Shown here: positions 40,970-54,383 of the stretch, one piece after another
How positions within the stretch are numbered: position 1 is the first letter of the stretch
Layout of the letters: each line of letters opens with the position of its first letter
Origin: Octopus vulgaris
Lineage: Eukaryota
Assembly: GCA_951406725.2 (NCBI GenBank)
Contig: OX597814.1
Location: 58,590,001 to 58,654,000 of the forward strand
Length of the DNA: 64,000 bases
Direction of reading: 5' to 3'
Notes under the pieces: model-generated
Told to the model about the DNA's origin: nothing
Databases searched by the model: none
What the model saw: only the letters and a program-made list of their open reading frames with translations
Program-made: the position numbers and the translations under genes

Positions 40970-41689
40970 TAACTGGATTCCTCGTGTAATGCTTATCATA
41001 TCTGATACACAGGAAGAATGTCAGCGTATTCCAGCAAGGCCAAAATCTATAATAAATAGTAAACTTAGGCATGAGTATGTCGGTAACAATTTTAGTTTCA
41101 GAACAACTAGTTTCCTATTCAATCCCACTGTACGGCAGTGCAGTGGGATTGCGCAAGTGTTTAGTATTAAGACCTCGGGAATAACATTGTGTACTTTTGT
41201 GCGTGTTTAAGCGTTTGTATGCATGTGTTGTTGTTTGCGCGTCTTTGTGGATGTATACTTGTTTTCGTATATTTCTTTCTCCATTTCTCAGCGTATGTGT
41301 GTGTGCATGTGTATGTGTGTATGTGTGTGTGTGTGCTTACTTGCGTGTTTGTACGTGTATGCGCGGCTGTGCGTGTGTATCTGTCTGTGTGCACGCGCGC
41401 ACGAGCATACTATCTATTTATTCTGATAGGGATTTTAAAATGATCTAAAGCTTTACGCTGCAAGTGTTATTTTTCATGAAATATTCAAATATTTTGATGT
41501 AAAATAAATTTATCGTCTCACGTAACCCTAACCGAATATTCTAGCATGTTACACCTTGTTTACGTATAGTAAAACTAAAATAAATATTTCTTAATTTTTG
41601 AAGCTGATACAGGAAACTAGAGGACCTAAGTAATTCTCTGTCAAGATTTTTGACAATAAAGAGACCATGTCTGTCAATCAATCAGTTAT

Positions 41690-41766
<77 letters not shown>

Positions 41767-42599
41767 TTGTGAGTGTGTGCCTGGGTGCGTGCGGGTATGT
41801 GTGTGTGTGTGTGTGTTTGTGTGAGTGTGTTTGTGTTTATGTGTGCACGTGTGTGCGCGTGTGTACATATGTATATATACACATACTCAACTACATACAT
41901 TTATATATATATATATATATATCGTAAAACGTTGAATTCAGAAAAACCAAACTGATCTCAAAGGAAACACGAGAAACCGGGTATCATTTTACAAAGTATT
42001 CTAATTACAATGTAGATGAAATTATCCGCGGAAGCGATTATCCAGGAAGAAATATTTCTACGAGGAGTAAATAATGTGTGATTCTATATCATATTGTACC
42101 CTAGTGTTTCTTATATATCATTTTTGTTCTCTTACTCTATTACCATATTTATGCGACTAGAGAGATGGAGATGGTTGTACTCGTCATTATCCTTTTCTTT
42201 CCACAGCTTTCAAAGAATCCCATGACTCTCTGTCACCTACCAATTCCATTCTTTTAAAATTTGAATGGGAGCTTGAGTCATGGTGAATCTTTCATCAGGT
42301 GATTGCACAACCATGGTCGTCATCCCTATGGATGTGTTGCAGTTGCTCACTTGACAGAGCTAGGTGATTCTGACCGTTGATCTTCTAGGATTCCTCCGTT
42401 CAGCACCAATGTTGGTTCAGTTGGCTCTTGCTCTAACTCTTCACAAACCAACAGCAGTCCCATGACTTCGACGTATTCCTGGCAGAGTGGAGGAACGGTA
42501 TATGCTGTACCAAAAGAAAGCCGGTAACTACGCTGGGCACGGTTGTCACTCCGTGGGGGATTTTCGGAATACTCACATACCGAACACTATTCTTAATCG

Positions 42600-43775
42600 G
42601 ACGATTTTGAATCTTTTCGGTTAACATTTAAACACAAAGGTTTCTGTTTCATAATCGGTAGCACATAGACATAACAAAGGTTATTTCTCGGTTACAAGCA
42701 ACGAAAGACATGACGTTCTTGTCAGGAATCGTTAAACTTTCCAAGTGCCTGTTTTATGAATATAGGAAAATTAATTGCATTGCAGCTGATTCTTCTGTAT
42801 ATATTAGTAACCACCTGAAAGTAACAAAACCTGTGAAATAGAACTCGAAATATTTTCAGAAACATTTTTTTGGAGGAGTCTCAATCGGGAGGTTTATAAG
42901 TGACTTTCACGTGTAGAGTACAATTATCAGGAAAAGCAGCATATCTTTGTTATTGACAGCATTTGTCGTATAAATCGTAAACAATACATTAGCAGGCATT
43001 CACTCAACAGGTTTTCTTAATTAGAAGCTGGGTGGCTGCAAAACGACACTTTCATTAATCCCTGGAGGACCTAGTTTTATATTGCAACATCTTCTTTTCT
43101 CGCTTAAAAATATTTTCCATTTTTGTTGGGTGTTTGGAATATGTCTGTGCAGTGCATGCTTTACGAAACTCTCATGAAGATATTCTGGAAAGATTGGCTT
43201 AATGGTTTGAGCTATTTTAAAATTAGATTCAGTCGAGCAGATTTTCCACGAAGGTAAAGTATTTGATGAGCAATGACAGGGCAATTTATGAGAAATAATT
43301 AGCATGACTTTCACAGACCCTATCCTTTGCGGATAATGCAGGGATCAGGAAATGCAAAATATTTATTTCACGATATTTCCAATGAGTTTCTTTCGATCAT
43401 AGGATCAGTAACCAAATAGAGAATAGTACAAAGAGCGTTTTACACGTTAATTGTGGGGGAAACAACAGATATTTCAGTCATGAAAGAAGTATATGGTAAA
43501 GATGTTGCTATCCTCCACATTGAATATAAATGCAGCAAACAAATGGACACTGAGTTCCATTGAGGATGATAATGTCGAGCAATGTACTGTGGATGGCGAA
43601 AGTTTGTGGAATACGCTCCAGAAATGAACCACTGAACTTATTAAAGGCAACCTGCTAGTCTGAGAGTAAAGTACTTCAGATTATGGGGGGAATTATCCAT
43701 CATACAGCAATGATCCGTTCACCAATATCCGTCGTGATACCTTCAATTCTTTCTTTCATCGCTTTACTCAGTGCT
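42600..43775 (-). pseudogene. Very decayed piggyBac-like transposase
   Basis: Minus-strand traces in the expected order: ELK; (DEQ)LFP; (D)NYFS..IAL.LL.K.FTFV(G); YTT.A; Cys-containing C-terminus. Confidence 0.35.
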
Positions 43776-44025
43776 TGTGGAGGCGCGTGACTTAGTGATT
43801 AGGATGTTGGACTCATGAAGGGAAGATTATGGTTTCGATTCTTGGACCGGGTTCTTGAGCAAAACGTTAACGTTGCTCCAGTGCTCCACTCCACTCAGCT
43901 GCCCAAACTGAGCAGTCCTGCGACAAGCCAGCGTCCCGTTCAGGGTGGGAATATACGCCACGGAAGCAGGGAAAACGGCCCTCTGAGTCTATGTAACTCG
44001 AGAAGTATCGTTAACGTTTTTTTCC
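43776..44025 (+). mobile_element. tRNA-derived SINE, family C, with an 11-bp target-site duplication
   Basis: TACTCAGTGCT at 43765-43775 and 44026-44036; head GGAGGCGCGTGACTTAGTGATTAGG..GGTTTCGATTC; body TTGAGCAA..TTGCTCCAGT..CCACTCAGCTG..GCGTCCCGTTCAGGG. Confidence 0.85.
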
Positions 44026-45249
44026 TACTCAGTGCTCCGATGCGGCTTTTCAATAGTAATCTGTAATATACGAAAGAGAGTACTTTTCTGCTTTTTCCAG
44101 AATTTTTTCATCTTCTCAACATTAGTTTCAATTCACTGTAGTAATGTATCTTCCGAACGTAGTCGACAAGAACGCGGATTGACACATCGGTCGATAAGCA
44201 CATTTTAAACTTAGTGTCGTATTATATGAATTTTAGCATATCCCCATGGATGTATTCTTAAAACTCTTCAAACTGCTTCAGATTACTCTAACCTGTTTAT
44301 AATGAGTTCGAGTGCGAGCGCATTATATTTATCACTCCTCCCACCTCCTTTTACCAAGTAGCATAGATATCAAAATTTATCTTCAGAATTTCATGGTGGC
44401 CAACAAACTGGGTGACATGAAAATTTAAGTACTGTAACCTACCAAAAGCATGAACCATGAAGACTCCAGGTAAATGTGTTGCAATTTGTATAACTATAAC
44501 TTCCATAAGGTCTTTTTGTATTTCATGTCACTTTCTTTAAATCTATTCTAACTTTACAAGAAGATAATAAGAGATTCTGAATTTAATGTAAACTTTTACT
44601 AGCTCGCGTTCAATTCATGCCGAAACATTCTGGAGTTACAAAATTCTCAAACTGGCTGTCGAGGACGTAAAAATCTTTTTACTTGGTGTAATAAAAGTCA
44701 GCTTGTAGAAAATATTTCTGTAAAGCATAGCTTCGGCACGTTCTAAACGGTAAACTACGATCCTACAATTTTATCATCATTATTATTATGTTTTCAATTA
44801 TTTTTTATAGTGTAACTACTAATAAAGTTCAAGTGAAGAAATCATGTTATAGCGAACATAATTCAATTATGGTACCTTTGATAAACATCGATAACTATAG
44901 GTAAAATTAACGTCTGCTGTTAGCAGCAAATGAACGGGAACTGAATATTACCGGTTTATTATGACAAAAGAAATGTAAACAGAAATATGTGCGTCACGTT
45001 TTTCTTTCTTTCCTTGTTGTATTCAAGGGAAATAACTTTCCATTGCTACGTTTACTGAAACTGGCATCTAAGGGAGATAACTATAACTGTATTATTTTTT
45101 TCCTCTCTTCCACTTTTTGTGGCCTTTATACTTGCACGGTACTTAGGGCAGTGTGCGGCGTGCTGTGATGTGGTTTAGTGTGTGTGTGTGTGTGTATATA
45201 CATATTTGTGCATTCATGTATATATATATATATATATGTATATATGCCC

Positions 45250-45619
45250 AATTCAAGATCACAACATACATGTACACTGCAACATAATTTCTTTTCCTCG
45301 ACAGGCCCTGCCCTATTTAACATTGTCCCGAGGGAGATCAAAGAGGAAAAGGATCCCATCAACTTTAAACAGAGTCTGGATAGATTCCTTCAAAGAATAC
45401 CAGATAAGCCACCCATAATTGGATACAACTCACCCAACAAGTACTCACTTCTTGAACAAAACTGGATACAACTCACCCAGCAAGGACTCACTACTTGAAC
45501 AAAACTTGACTTAAACAAAACTTGACTTAAACAGGATTCGAATAATCCTATCAGGTGGTGCTATTAAGTTAGACATGGCCGGGACCAATCTTTGGTCGAA
45601 ACATATCTAAGTTTATCTA

Positions 45620-45624
<5 letters not shown>
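45250..45624 (+). mobile_element. 3' end of a CR1/L2-type LINE with a short tandem tail
   Basis: HNFFSSTGPALFNIVPREIKEEKDPINFKQSLDRFLQRIPDKPP..GY.S.N..SLLE; 43-bp and 16-bp tandem duplications; 3' stem-loop GACCA-atctt-TGGTC; tail (TATCTAAGTT)2. Confidence 0.7.
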
Positions 45625-45658
<34 letters not shown>

Positions 45659-45679
45659 GGCACTTGATATGTATTGATT

Positions 45680-45836
45680 GATTTCAAATTTTGGCACAGG
45701 GTCGGCAATTCTAAGAAGGGATTAAGTCGATTACATCGACCCCCAGCTCTACTGGTAAGTATTTTATCAAGCTCGAAAGGATGAAATGTCACTAATCACT
45801 TTGATCAGCGTACTAACGATTCTGCCAGCACGCCCC
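45680..45836 (-). mobile_element. SINE family A copy with an internal deletion
   Basis: TTTCAAATTTTGGCACA..GTCGATTACATCGACCCC..GAAAGGATGAAA..CTAACGATTCTGCCAGC is the reverse complement of family A. Confidence 0.75.
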
Positions 45837-45846
45837 ATTAGGAGTT

Positions 45847-45929
<83 letters not shown>

Positions 45930-45937
45930 GTCTCTAA

Positions 45938-45995
<58 letters not shown>

Positions 45996-47829
45996 TTTAA
46001 AAATTCTTCATTTTCATCAAAACGCGTATGCATATATTAAATGGAAGAGCTTGTATTTTATCAATTTCTTTACTGAGGTCGTCGAACTTTTATTTTGAAT
46101 GGTGCGGTTAAATAAAGCGTTGTATCATAAAGATATTTAGCGCCGTTTTCTTAAAATTCCTATAAATCAACTATGTTAATCAATAGATACGGTTACTATA
46201 ATGATGTATCGTGCAAACAAAGGAAGAATTTATTACGAATATATTGCGCCACTCTGTAACTTGGGCGAACATTTCTGTCAGTTCGTATTTGTTCGAGAAA
46301 TCTGAACATTGTTATAAGTTGTTGAATGTTATTGAACTATATCACTGCAACCAATAGCTAACATCCTGTAATCATGTATGCTTGATTTTTCGAATTTGTG
46401 AGATTGCCACATCTACACAAGAGTTTTATCAATGTCATTTGACAATTCTAACAGATACCCAACTATTGCTGAGAGAAATACATGAAGGTATATTACTTTT
46501 ATAGAGACCAGTCATCACAATAAGTATAATTTCATTTATAGCCGGCGTGATTGGAGTTTCCGTAACAGTAAGTGATATTCTATATTATGTTACATTCTCC
46601 ATGTCAACTAAACAATTGTCAATCGGTTTTCATATTAATTGCTTAAATATTGAGAAGTAGCTTAGATTATTTCCTTTGTATATTGAAAAGAATTGGTAGG
46701 GACAGTGATAAACAATATATAAAGACTTTCTTGCATCGTTTGTGAATGTTATTTCACTTCATAGAAACATTTGTACCTTCTCTATATTAACTGATGCGAT
46801 ATCTTTATATTTCAAGTTTTTAGATCGGCATTGAGGATTCTTTCACCTTCGTTCAACTTCGAGGCGCTAACCACAATATAAATATATAGGAAAGAAAATA
46901 CTTTTATCTTAATGAAGAAAAACCGTTAAAAACTGATCTTGCTGAACGCCGTATAAGATACACTGAATATTTCTTGCATACTGGTATAAATAATTAATAG
47001 CATGGTGTACTTTACTTAATGATAAAACATTCCTTAAAAGTCAACTCGCATAGAATGAAGGTTTTTTTCAATAATTTGGAAATGAAGTATGTCATAATAG
47101 TTTTTGATTCAATAATATCATTCTATAATAATTAGCATAATTTTATAACCCATTGTGGCTTCTGCTAGCATAGTTACCTATAATATTTTAAGTCAGAAAC
47201 CATGTTGCCACTCATATATCAGTCGATTTATAATCATTACCCTCAGTGGAATCACACCATTTCTATCTGACTCTGCGTATTCAACAACTCCAATGGGGTC
47301 ATTTCAAACAGAAAGATGAAGTTCGAGAGCAATAGAAATCCAAAGCGATTATCGTGAAATTCGATGGCAAGATAAAAACAACAAAGAATTTAGGTTTATT
47401 GATTGAAAGTATTAAAAGCTAAATGCGTTAGTAAGCAGACACATTTGGTTGAAAAAGCAGTTCATTTTTTGCGCCTTGATTCGTGAAGTCAACAAATATT
47501 GTATGAAATTTAAAATGCAGTTGATATTAGATCGTGTTAAGTAGATCTAAACTCATAGCGAAAGCAACAACATAAGAGGTTAGCTATGAATATCTAGTAT
47601 CTTATAGACCGTTCAATTAAATACTGTTGTCACACTTAGGCTAGTGTTGCTGCTTGGGTCCTTTATTTCCGTGATGCACTCTAAATTTGTGGTTCCATCA
47701 TCATTGCTTACGTTTTGGAAGTTAATATTCAATTTCTTCTTACATCGCCAGGTTACAGTATGACTGAAAGCTTGGAGAGGGGAAGTGGCAGAGGCAGTAG
47801 CGAAATATCGTCATATAAGGCAATGCATA

Positions 47830-48125
47830 CGCTTATATTGATAGGGTTTTTCTAAGGATTGTCAACAGAATCTTTTGGATTTCTCTGAGACATGGTTTTC
47901 CTGGGATGTTATCTAGATGTTCTGATTTCCCTTTTTGTATCATACCTAGGGCACCTACAATAACAGGAACAGTCCTTGCTTCAAGAGGCCACATCTTTTG
48001 TGCCTCAATTTCCGGGTCCTTATATCTGCTTAATTTGTCAAATTCCTTTGCAGATATATTTTTATCAGTGAGAACACTTACATCTCTTAATGTACAAATA
48101 TTTTTGTCTTAATTGAAACCTAATA
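47830..48125 (-). mobile_element. Dong/R4 train, element A: RLE endonuclease 3' fragment
   Basis: DVSVLTDKNISAKEFDKLSRYKDPEIEAQKMWPLEARTVPVIVGALGMIQKG..IPGKPCLREIQK..ILRKTLSI*. Confidence 0.85.
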
Positions 48126-48127
48126 AA

Positions 48128-48395
<268 letters not shown>

Positions 48396-48397
48396 TA

Positions 48398-50305
48398 ATG
48401 TCTTTGCACAGCTTCGAACACTGGAGATGTACTACGGTGCCAGCTATATTTTTCGAGCATCATCCGGAGAATTCGAGCCGTTCCAAGCAGTGCTGGTTTC
48501 TGTTCCACCCTTATTGCAGCCCTATTTGTGACATGTACTTCTCAAGATTTATACTCACTGTTCCCAGGGCTCCGACAGTTATTGGTACTACCACCACCTT
48601 TTTCATCGACCACAACTGCTTAACCTCTGAAATTAATCTATCATATCTATAGACTTTTCTTTCTTCCTTATCGCATACTTTGTTGTCAGCTGGGCTTGCT
48701 ATATCTATGATCCAGCATCGTTTACTTTCTTTCTCAATTAACACTATGTTTAGTTTCCTATTCTCTATCTTATTGACGCACTGAATCATAAAATCCGATA
48801 GAATCTTTGCATTATCATTTTCGATGAATCCTTCGGGTTTATGTTCGTACCGCTTTTTTGCTCCGTCAAGTCAATACTTTTTGCAGAGTGTCCAATGGCC
48901 AATCTTTGCTATATTCTCATAACGTCTCTTCTATTCTTTCTGGCCTAGCGGTGCACAAATTCTGCACTAATCCTTTTCTGGTGTGTCGTGTATTCTGTAT
49001 TTGATGGTTCTTAATGCTTGCTCTTGCGCAGCACAAGTTAGAGCCTCCGTTTCCGGTTTTAAATCAATTTTAGTCATCTACACTCATCTTTTTTCTCTGT
49101 CTGTCTTATCCTCAACATCTCTAGAGGTTGTCGAATCTCTTCTGATGTGCTCTGAATAAACTATTCTGTTAGTATCCCTTCATTCTTTGATCTTATCTTA
49201 CTATCTTTGCTTTCTTTGCAATAAGGCGCTGTTTCAGTTCCTCCATTACCACGTTCAGACCCTTTCTTTCAATATCATACTTCCTGTTCATTGCCCAGTA
49301 TTTTTGTTTGCTTGTAAGCTAGCCCTTCTCTTTTCGGTCTAACACAGAAATGTTCCTCGAGAGCATATCTAACCCCACTTGTATTCTTCTTTCCTACCAT
49401 GGATCATTTCTATTGTCACTCCCATTATTTTTATTTTTATTTACATCAACACCCACATTTTCTGTTACAATACTTGCTTGCCTTGGTCAAATTATTTGTT
49501 TCTGTTATGTTATTTCTTTTATGTATTTCACAATATCATTCACATTTTTCGGTTTTTGGTTGAACTTCCACTGATCAACCTTTTGAAGGTTGCAAAAATG
49601 TCGCTATCGTTCTCCTGTAGCCTTGCCTTTATTCTGTCGTATATTGCCTTTTGCTCATCTGTCATGCCAACATTAGTTTATTGACTTTATCCAGACCATC
49701 TATATGTCTCTCATTGAGCAAGCTATCATTGTTCTTTTCATGTGGTTTATTAGAGATATCACATCTGTTTTCTTCTATTAGATTACTTTTATCAGTAAGA
49801 ATTGTATTTTCTTCGTTTCGTCTGCTGCTATTTTCCAATATCTATCTTTTGATAGCTTCAAGCTCATCTTCTATGAAACAAGGTTTTTTTTTCTTATTGC
49901 TTGATGACATAATCTTCGTTACGTGAGTTGAAACAATTCTCTTTCTCTCCATTCATCATACATACTTTTCGGTATCCACTCAGATGAACACTATTTTCGT
50001 CTACTGAGTTGCTCAGATAGTAACACTCCATGAACACAACATTGACTTGATTTTTCAATCTACGCCATGTGTGCTGGCTCTTTGCTGGATAACAACAGGC
50101 TGGAGTCGGACTAGTATCTCTGAGTCTGCCGGGTGTAAACACTGTCACAATCAAGGGCTTCAGTCTCAAAACCACCGTTATTCACAATATTTTGTATTTT
50201 CATTGTCATTCATATGAGGTAGCGATTATCAGGTTGCGCAACATTGTGGCAACATCACTAAATATATCAACAATCAGAGCATACGAAGATTCCAACTGGT
50301 CCCTT

Positions 50306-50306
<1 letters not shown>
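48398..50306 (-). mobile_element. Dong/R4 train, element B: N-terminal region joined to the Zn-finger/RLE region with the RT domain deleted
   Basis: VNVVFMECYYLS..GYRK; MEELKQRLIAKKAK..QNSLFR..QKRF then directly RDVEDKTD..LKPETEALTCAAQEQALRT; WIIDIASPADNKV..KE..KV.RY..L..VVVVPITVGALG. Confidence 0.8.
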
Positions 50307-50372
<66 letters not shown>

Positions 50373-50375
<3 letters not shown>

Positions 50376-51449
50376 TTTTTTTTTCTTCTTTCAAATTTGC
50401 TTCCATTTCTTGCCGAGTGTCTTCCCGACTCCTAGGGCAAAGAAACTCATAGTATACATGGGTAGGCCATTAAACCAAACTCAGTAGTTCGTTCATTTTT
50501 TTTTTTTTTTTTTTTTAAAGTTAAATTAAAATACATGAGCAGCAACAGTTCACACATCGACAATGCTCTTCTCAATACGTGTGATGTACCAGTTAAGACA
50601 ATCTTTTGCACTTCTTGCAGGGATGGTAAGCCAGGGATCATTCTCATATAATTTTCGGTTCCCTTCTTGATCATTCCTAGTGCTCCTACGATCACTGGTA
50701 TTGTAACCGCCTTGAGATGCCACATTTTCTCAATTTCAATGAGTAGGTCTTTATATTTTCTGAGCTTGTCAAACTCTTTCGCTGAGATATTATGATCACA
50801 GGGGATGCTCATGTCGATCAATAAGCAAACTTTATTGTTTTGGTCTTTCACAACAATATCTGGTTTATTGGCCTTGATGGTTCGGTCTGTATGTACTGGA
50901 AAGTCCCACAGAATGGTTACATTTTCTCCTTCAGTTACAGCCTCAGGGTGGTGATTATACCACTTGTCGGCAGTTTTGATATTGTAATGCCGACTTATTA
51001 GCCAGTGGAGATATTGGCCAACTCTGTCATGTCTTAATTTATACTCCACTGGTGCTAAGACTTTACATCCAGAGATTAGGTGGTCCACTGTTTCAATCAT
51101 GTCGTTGCAGAATCGGCATTTTGGGTCTGCTCCATTTTTCATCACATTGGCCTGGTAGTTCCGGGTTAATAGGCTTTGATCTTGATCAGCCAGGATGAAA
51201 CCTTCGCTCTCTGCTTTTAGCCCTGAGCTCCGTAGCCACTGATGGGTTTGCTTCTGGTCAACATCAGCTTGTTTGCTGCGGGTCACATATTTTCCGTGCA
51301 GAGGTTTCTCCTCCCACCTATCAGCCAATTGCTCGTGCGCTCTCTTCATTGCCATCATTTTCACCTTCTTTGCCGTAGTTGCCGTACTTCCCTCGGGTTG
51401 TTCAGTTTGGGTATCCTGCCCGAGATCAATAGCAAATTCTTTGCTTTCC

Positions 51450-51450
<1 letters not shown>
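50373..51450 (-). mobile_element. Dong/R4 train, element C: 5'-truncated copy flanked on both sides by (TAA)n
   Basis: (TAT)n at 50307-50372 and 51451-51521; contains the open Zn-knuckle/RLE frame. Confidence 0.9.
50447..51364 (-). CDS. C-terminal part of an RLE retrotransposon ORF: CCHC zinc knuckle plus restriction-like endonuclease
   Basis: KPLHGKY; WLRSSGLKAESEG; CRFC...ETVDHLISGC; RHD; WDFPVHTDR..ANKPDIVV..LIDMSIP.D.N...KE..KL.KY.DL; IPVIVGALG. Confidence 0.88.
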   Translation of the reverse strand: MKMMAMKRAHEQLADRWEEKPLHGKYVTRSKQADVDQKQTHQWLRSSGLKAESEGFILADQDQSLLTRNYQANVMKNGADPKCRFCNDMIETVDHLISGCKVLAPVEYKLRHDRVGQYLHWLISRHYNIKTADKWYNHHPEAVTEGENVTILWDFPVHTDRTIKANKPDIVVKDQNNKVCLLIDMSIPCDHNISAKEFDKLRKYKDLLIEIEKMWHLKAVTIPVIVGALGMIKKGTENYMRMIPGLPSLQEVQKIVLTGTSHVLRRALSMCELLLLMYFNLTLKKKKKKNERTTEFGLMAYPCIL

Positions 51451-51521
<71 letters not shown>

Positions 51522-51524
<3 letters not shown>

Positions 51525-54243
51525 TAGTTTTATTTTTATAGTGTGCTTTCACTTCACTACCGAGCGCATCTCTGTGCGCCTTGGGTATGTGCTGTGATTT
51601 GTTGTGATGCTCTGATGGTTATTGTATGGAAAGTGTTCTTCGTAGGATGTGTGCAGTGCCTAGTAGTGCAATTTTCTGTATGTTATATGTGTTTGTAAGT
51701 CCTGGTGTTTTTGTTATGTATTTGTCTGAATATTTTTTTATCATGCCTAATGCACCTACTATGATAGGAATTGTTTCTGTTTTCGGATTCCACATTCTAG
51801 TTACCTCTATTTCCAGGTCTTTGTATTTTGAGAGTTTCTCCATTTCTTTTAGAGTCACGTTGTCATCTGCCGGTATTGATACATCAATTAGAAAGCATTT
51901 TTTTCTTCATGATCTCTGACAACTATATCTGGTCTGTTGGCCTTAATTTCTCTATCTGTGTGTATCGGCATATCCCAGAGTATGGTTGCTTTCTCGTTTT
52001 CTGTGACCTTTTCTGGTGTGTGCCTATACCATCTTTTTTCTGTTGTTATTCCATAATGTTGGCATAGCTTCCAATGTATGTAGGTTCCAACTCTGTCATG
52101 TCTGTGAATATATTCCTTCTTAGCCAGGACTGGGCAGCTAGATATAATATGATTTATTGTTTCTTGTCCATTTCCACATATTCTGCAGTTACTTGTAATA
52201 TTTCTTTTCATTACATGTTTTTGGTAATTTCTGGTGGGGAGGCTTTGGTCTTGTGCTGCAATTAAAAATCCCTCTATTTCTGCTTTGAGTACTGAGCTTC
52301 TCAACCATTGCTGGGATTTTTCTTTGTCTATTTCTTTTGCGTTTAGTTTAGTCCAGTATTTACCATGAAGGGGCTTTTCTTGCCGTCGTTTTATCATGGT
52401 TCGTTGCTGTTCTATTTTTAGTTTGGATTTCATTTGTTTTATAGCTTTTGTTGTTTCTTCATCTTCTTCTTCTTCTTCATGTTTACTAGGTGGTATGATT
52501 TCTTGCTTGTATTTGTCAGGTTCCTAAAATACTGAGAATAGTTTTTTGTTTTGCTCGTGTTTTGCCGCTATCTGGATCAGTTTTCCTTCCTTCTGAAGTA
52601 GATATTTTTGCAGTCCTATGGTGGTTATTTTATAGTAGTTTTCCAGATGTATAAGGCCTCTACCACCTTCTATACGTTGTATATATAGTCTTTCTAAGTC
52701 AGATTTTGGTGATGCATCCTAGATCCTGTCATTATTTTTCTTGTTTTCCTATCTATTTTGGTCAGTTCATTTCGTGTCCAGTTAAGGATATTGTAGCTGT
52801 AACTTATAACTGGGACAGCTAAAGTGTTGATACCTATTATCTTGTTTTTAGCATTGAGCTCTGTTTTTAGTATTGATCTAACTCGTCTATAATATTCTTT
52901 TTCTATTTTCTCTTTCATTTGTGTGTGTTGTGTCTTATCTAGTTCATGGATTCCTAAGTATTTGTAAGTTTGGCTTTGGTCTAATTCTTTTATTTCATTG
53001 GTTTTATCTAGTGTGATGTTGTTACTCTTAACTAGTTTTCCTCTTTTCATGGTTACTTTGGCGCATTTTTCTAATCCAAATTTCATATCTATTTCTTTGG
53101 TAAATCCATGAACTGTCTTTAATAGTGTTTCCAGCTGTTTGTCATTTGCAGCGTATAGTTTTAGGTCATCCATATATAAAAGGTGACTGATCGTTTTGCC
53201 GTAACATTTATATCCGCATCCAGTTCTATTTAGTATATCAGATAGAGGTGACAGTGCCAAGCAGAAAAGGAGTCGAGAGAGCGTGTCTCCCTGGAATATT
53301 CCTCTTCTAATGGGGATGTCTTTGGTTTTCATGAGTCCCTCTTTTGTTTGGAGGTGTAGGACTGTTTGCCATTTATTCATAGAGTGCTCTATGAATTTTA
53401 TGATTGTTGGTGCTACTTTGTTAATGGCTAGTGTTTCGAGGATCCATGTGTGGGGGATGCTATCAAACGCCTTTTTGTAGTCAATCGAGGCCATACTGAG
53501 GCCTTTCTTCTTTCTGTGGCTGTCTTCGGTTATAGATTTATTAATCATTAGTTGATCTTTACAGCCATATGAGCCTTTGCGGCATCTTTTCTGCTCTTCT
53601 GGGAACAGTTTGTTTTCGTCCAGGTACTTGTTCAGCCTTTGCGATATCACTGCAGTAAATGCCTTGAACATAGTAGGAAGGCAGGTTATTGGTCTGTAGT
53701 TTTCTGGTTTTGCTGTTTCATTTGATTTGGGAATTAAGATGGTTTTTCCCTTCGTGAGCCATTCAGGCATTGTCTCTGGCTCTGCTAGTTGTTGTTAAAG
53801 TTTTCAGCCAGCTTTTTGTGCAATCCTGTTAGATATTTCAACCAGAAGTTGGGGATCTTGTCATGCCCAGGTGCCTTCCAGTTGCTTAGTCTTTGCAGTG
53901 ACTGGGTGACCTCTTCAGTTGTTATGGGGTCCAAAGTTGTTCAGATGCCGAGTTTGTTATTTTGATACTCCTTTTTTTGGCTGTTCTTTCGCCGACCATA
54001 TTTCTCTCCAGAATTCTTCCAATTCTTCTGCCGTTGGTGCTGCAGTGACTTCTATTTTATTTTTGCCCAGTTCTTGGTAGAACTTTTTGGGGTTGGAGTT
54101 GAACTTTTTGTTTTGTTCAAAGAAGCGTTGGCGTTTCTCGTACCGGCGGATCCTTTGTGCTTTGGCAAGGATATCTTGCTTCAGCTTTTCTTTTATCTCA
54201 GGCAAATCTTTCTCTGTGATGTTATATTTGCGGTGTATTTTTG

Positions 54244-54245
<2 letters not shown>
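51522..54245 (-). mobile_element. Dong/R4 train, element D1: 5'-truncated copy with RT, Zn knuckle and RLE; few frameshifts
   Basis: ORFs 52694-53770 (YRPITCL, DYKKAFD, GIFQGD, LLYMDDLKL), 51888-52433 and 51619-51858; both ends lie in (TAA)n. Confidence 0.92.
52694..53770 (-). pseudogene. Non-LTR reverse transcriptase domain (element D1)
   Basis: WLTKGKTILIPK; NYRPITCLPT; PEEQK.C; IDYKKAFDSIPH; RRGIFQGDTLS; HLLYMDDLKLY; FGLEKC; YKYLG. Confidence 0.92.
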
Positions 54246-54311
<66 letters not shown>

Positions 54312-54383
54312 ATTATTATTATTATTACTTTCGTTTTTTTACTATTTGTCATTGTTAATATTTCCTATTATTATTATTATTAT

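Noticed and set aside
45578-45605. GACCA-atctt-TGGTC GAAAC, resembling hammerhead stem II plus GAAA
   Set aside because: There is no upstream CUGANGA; it is better explained as a LINE 3' stem-loop.
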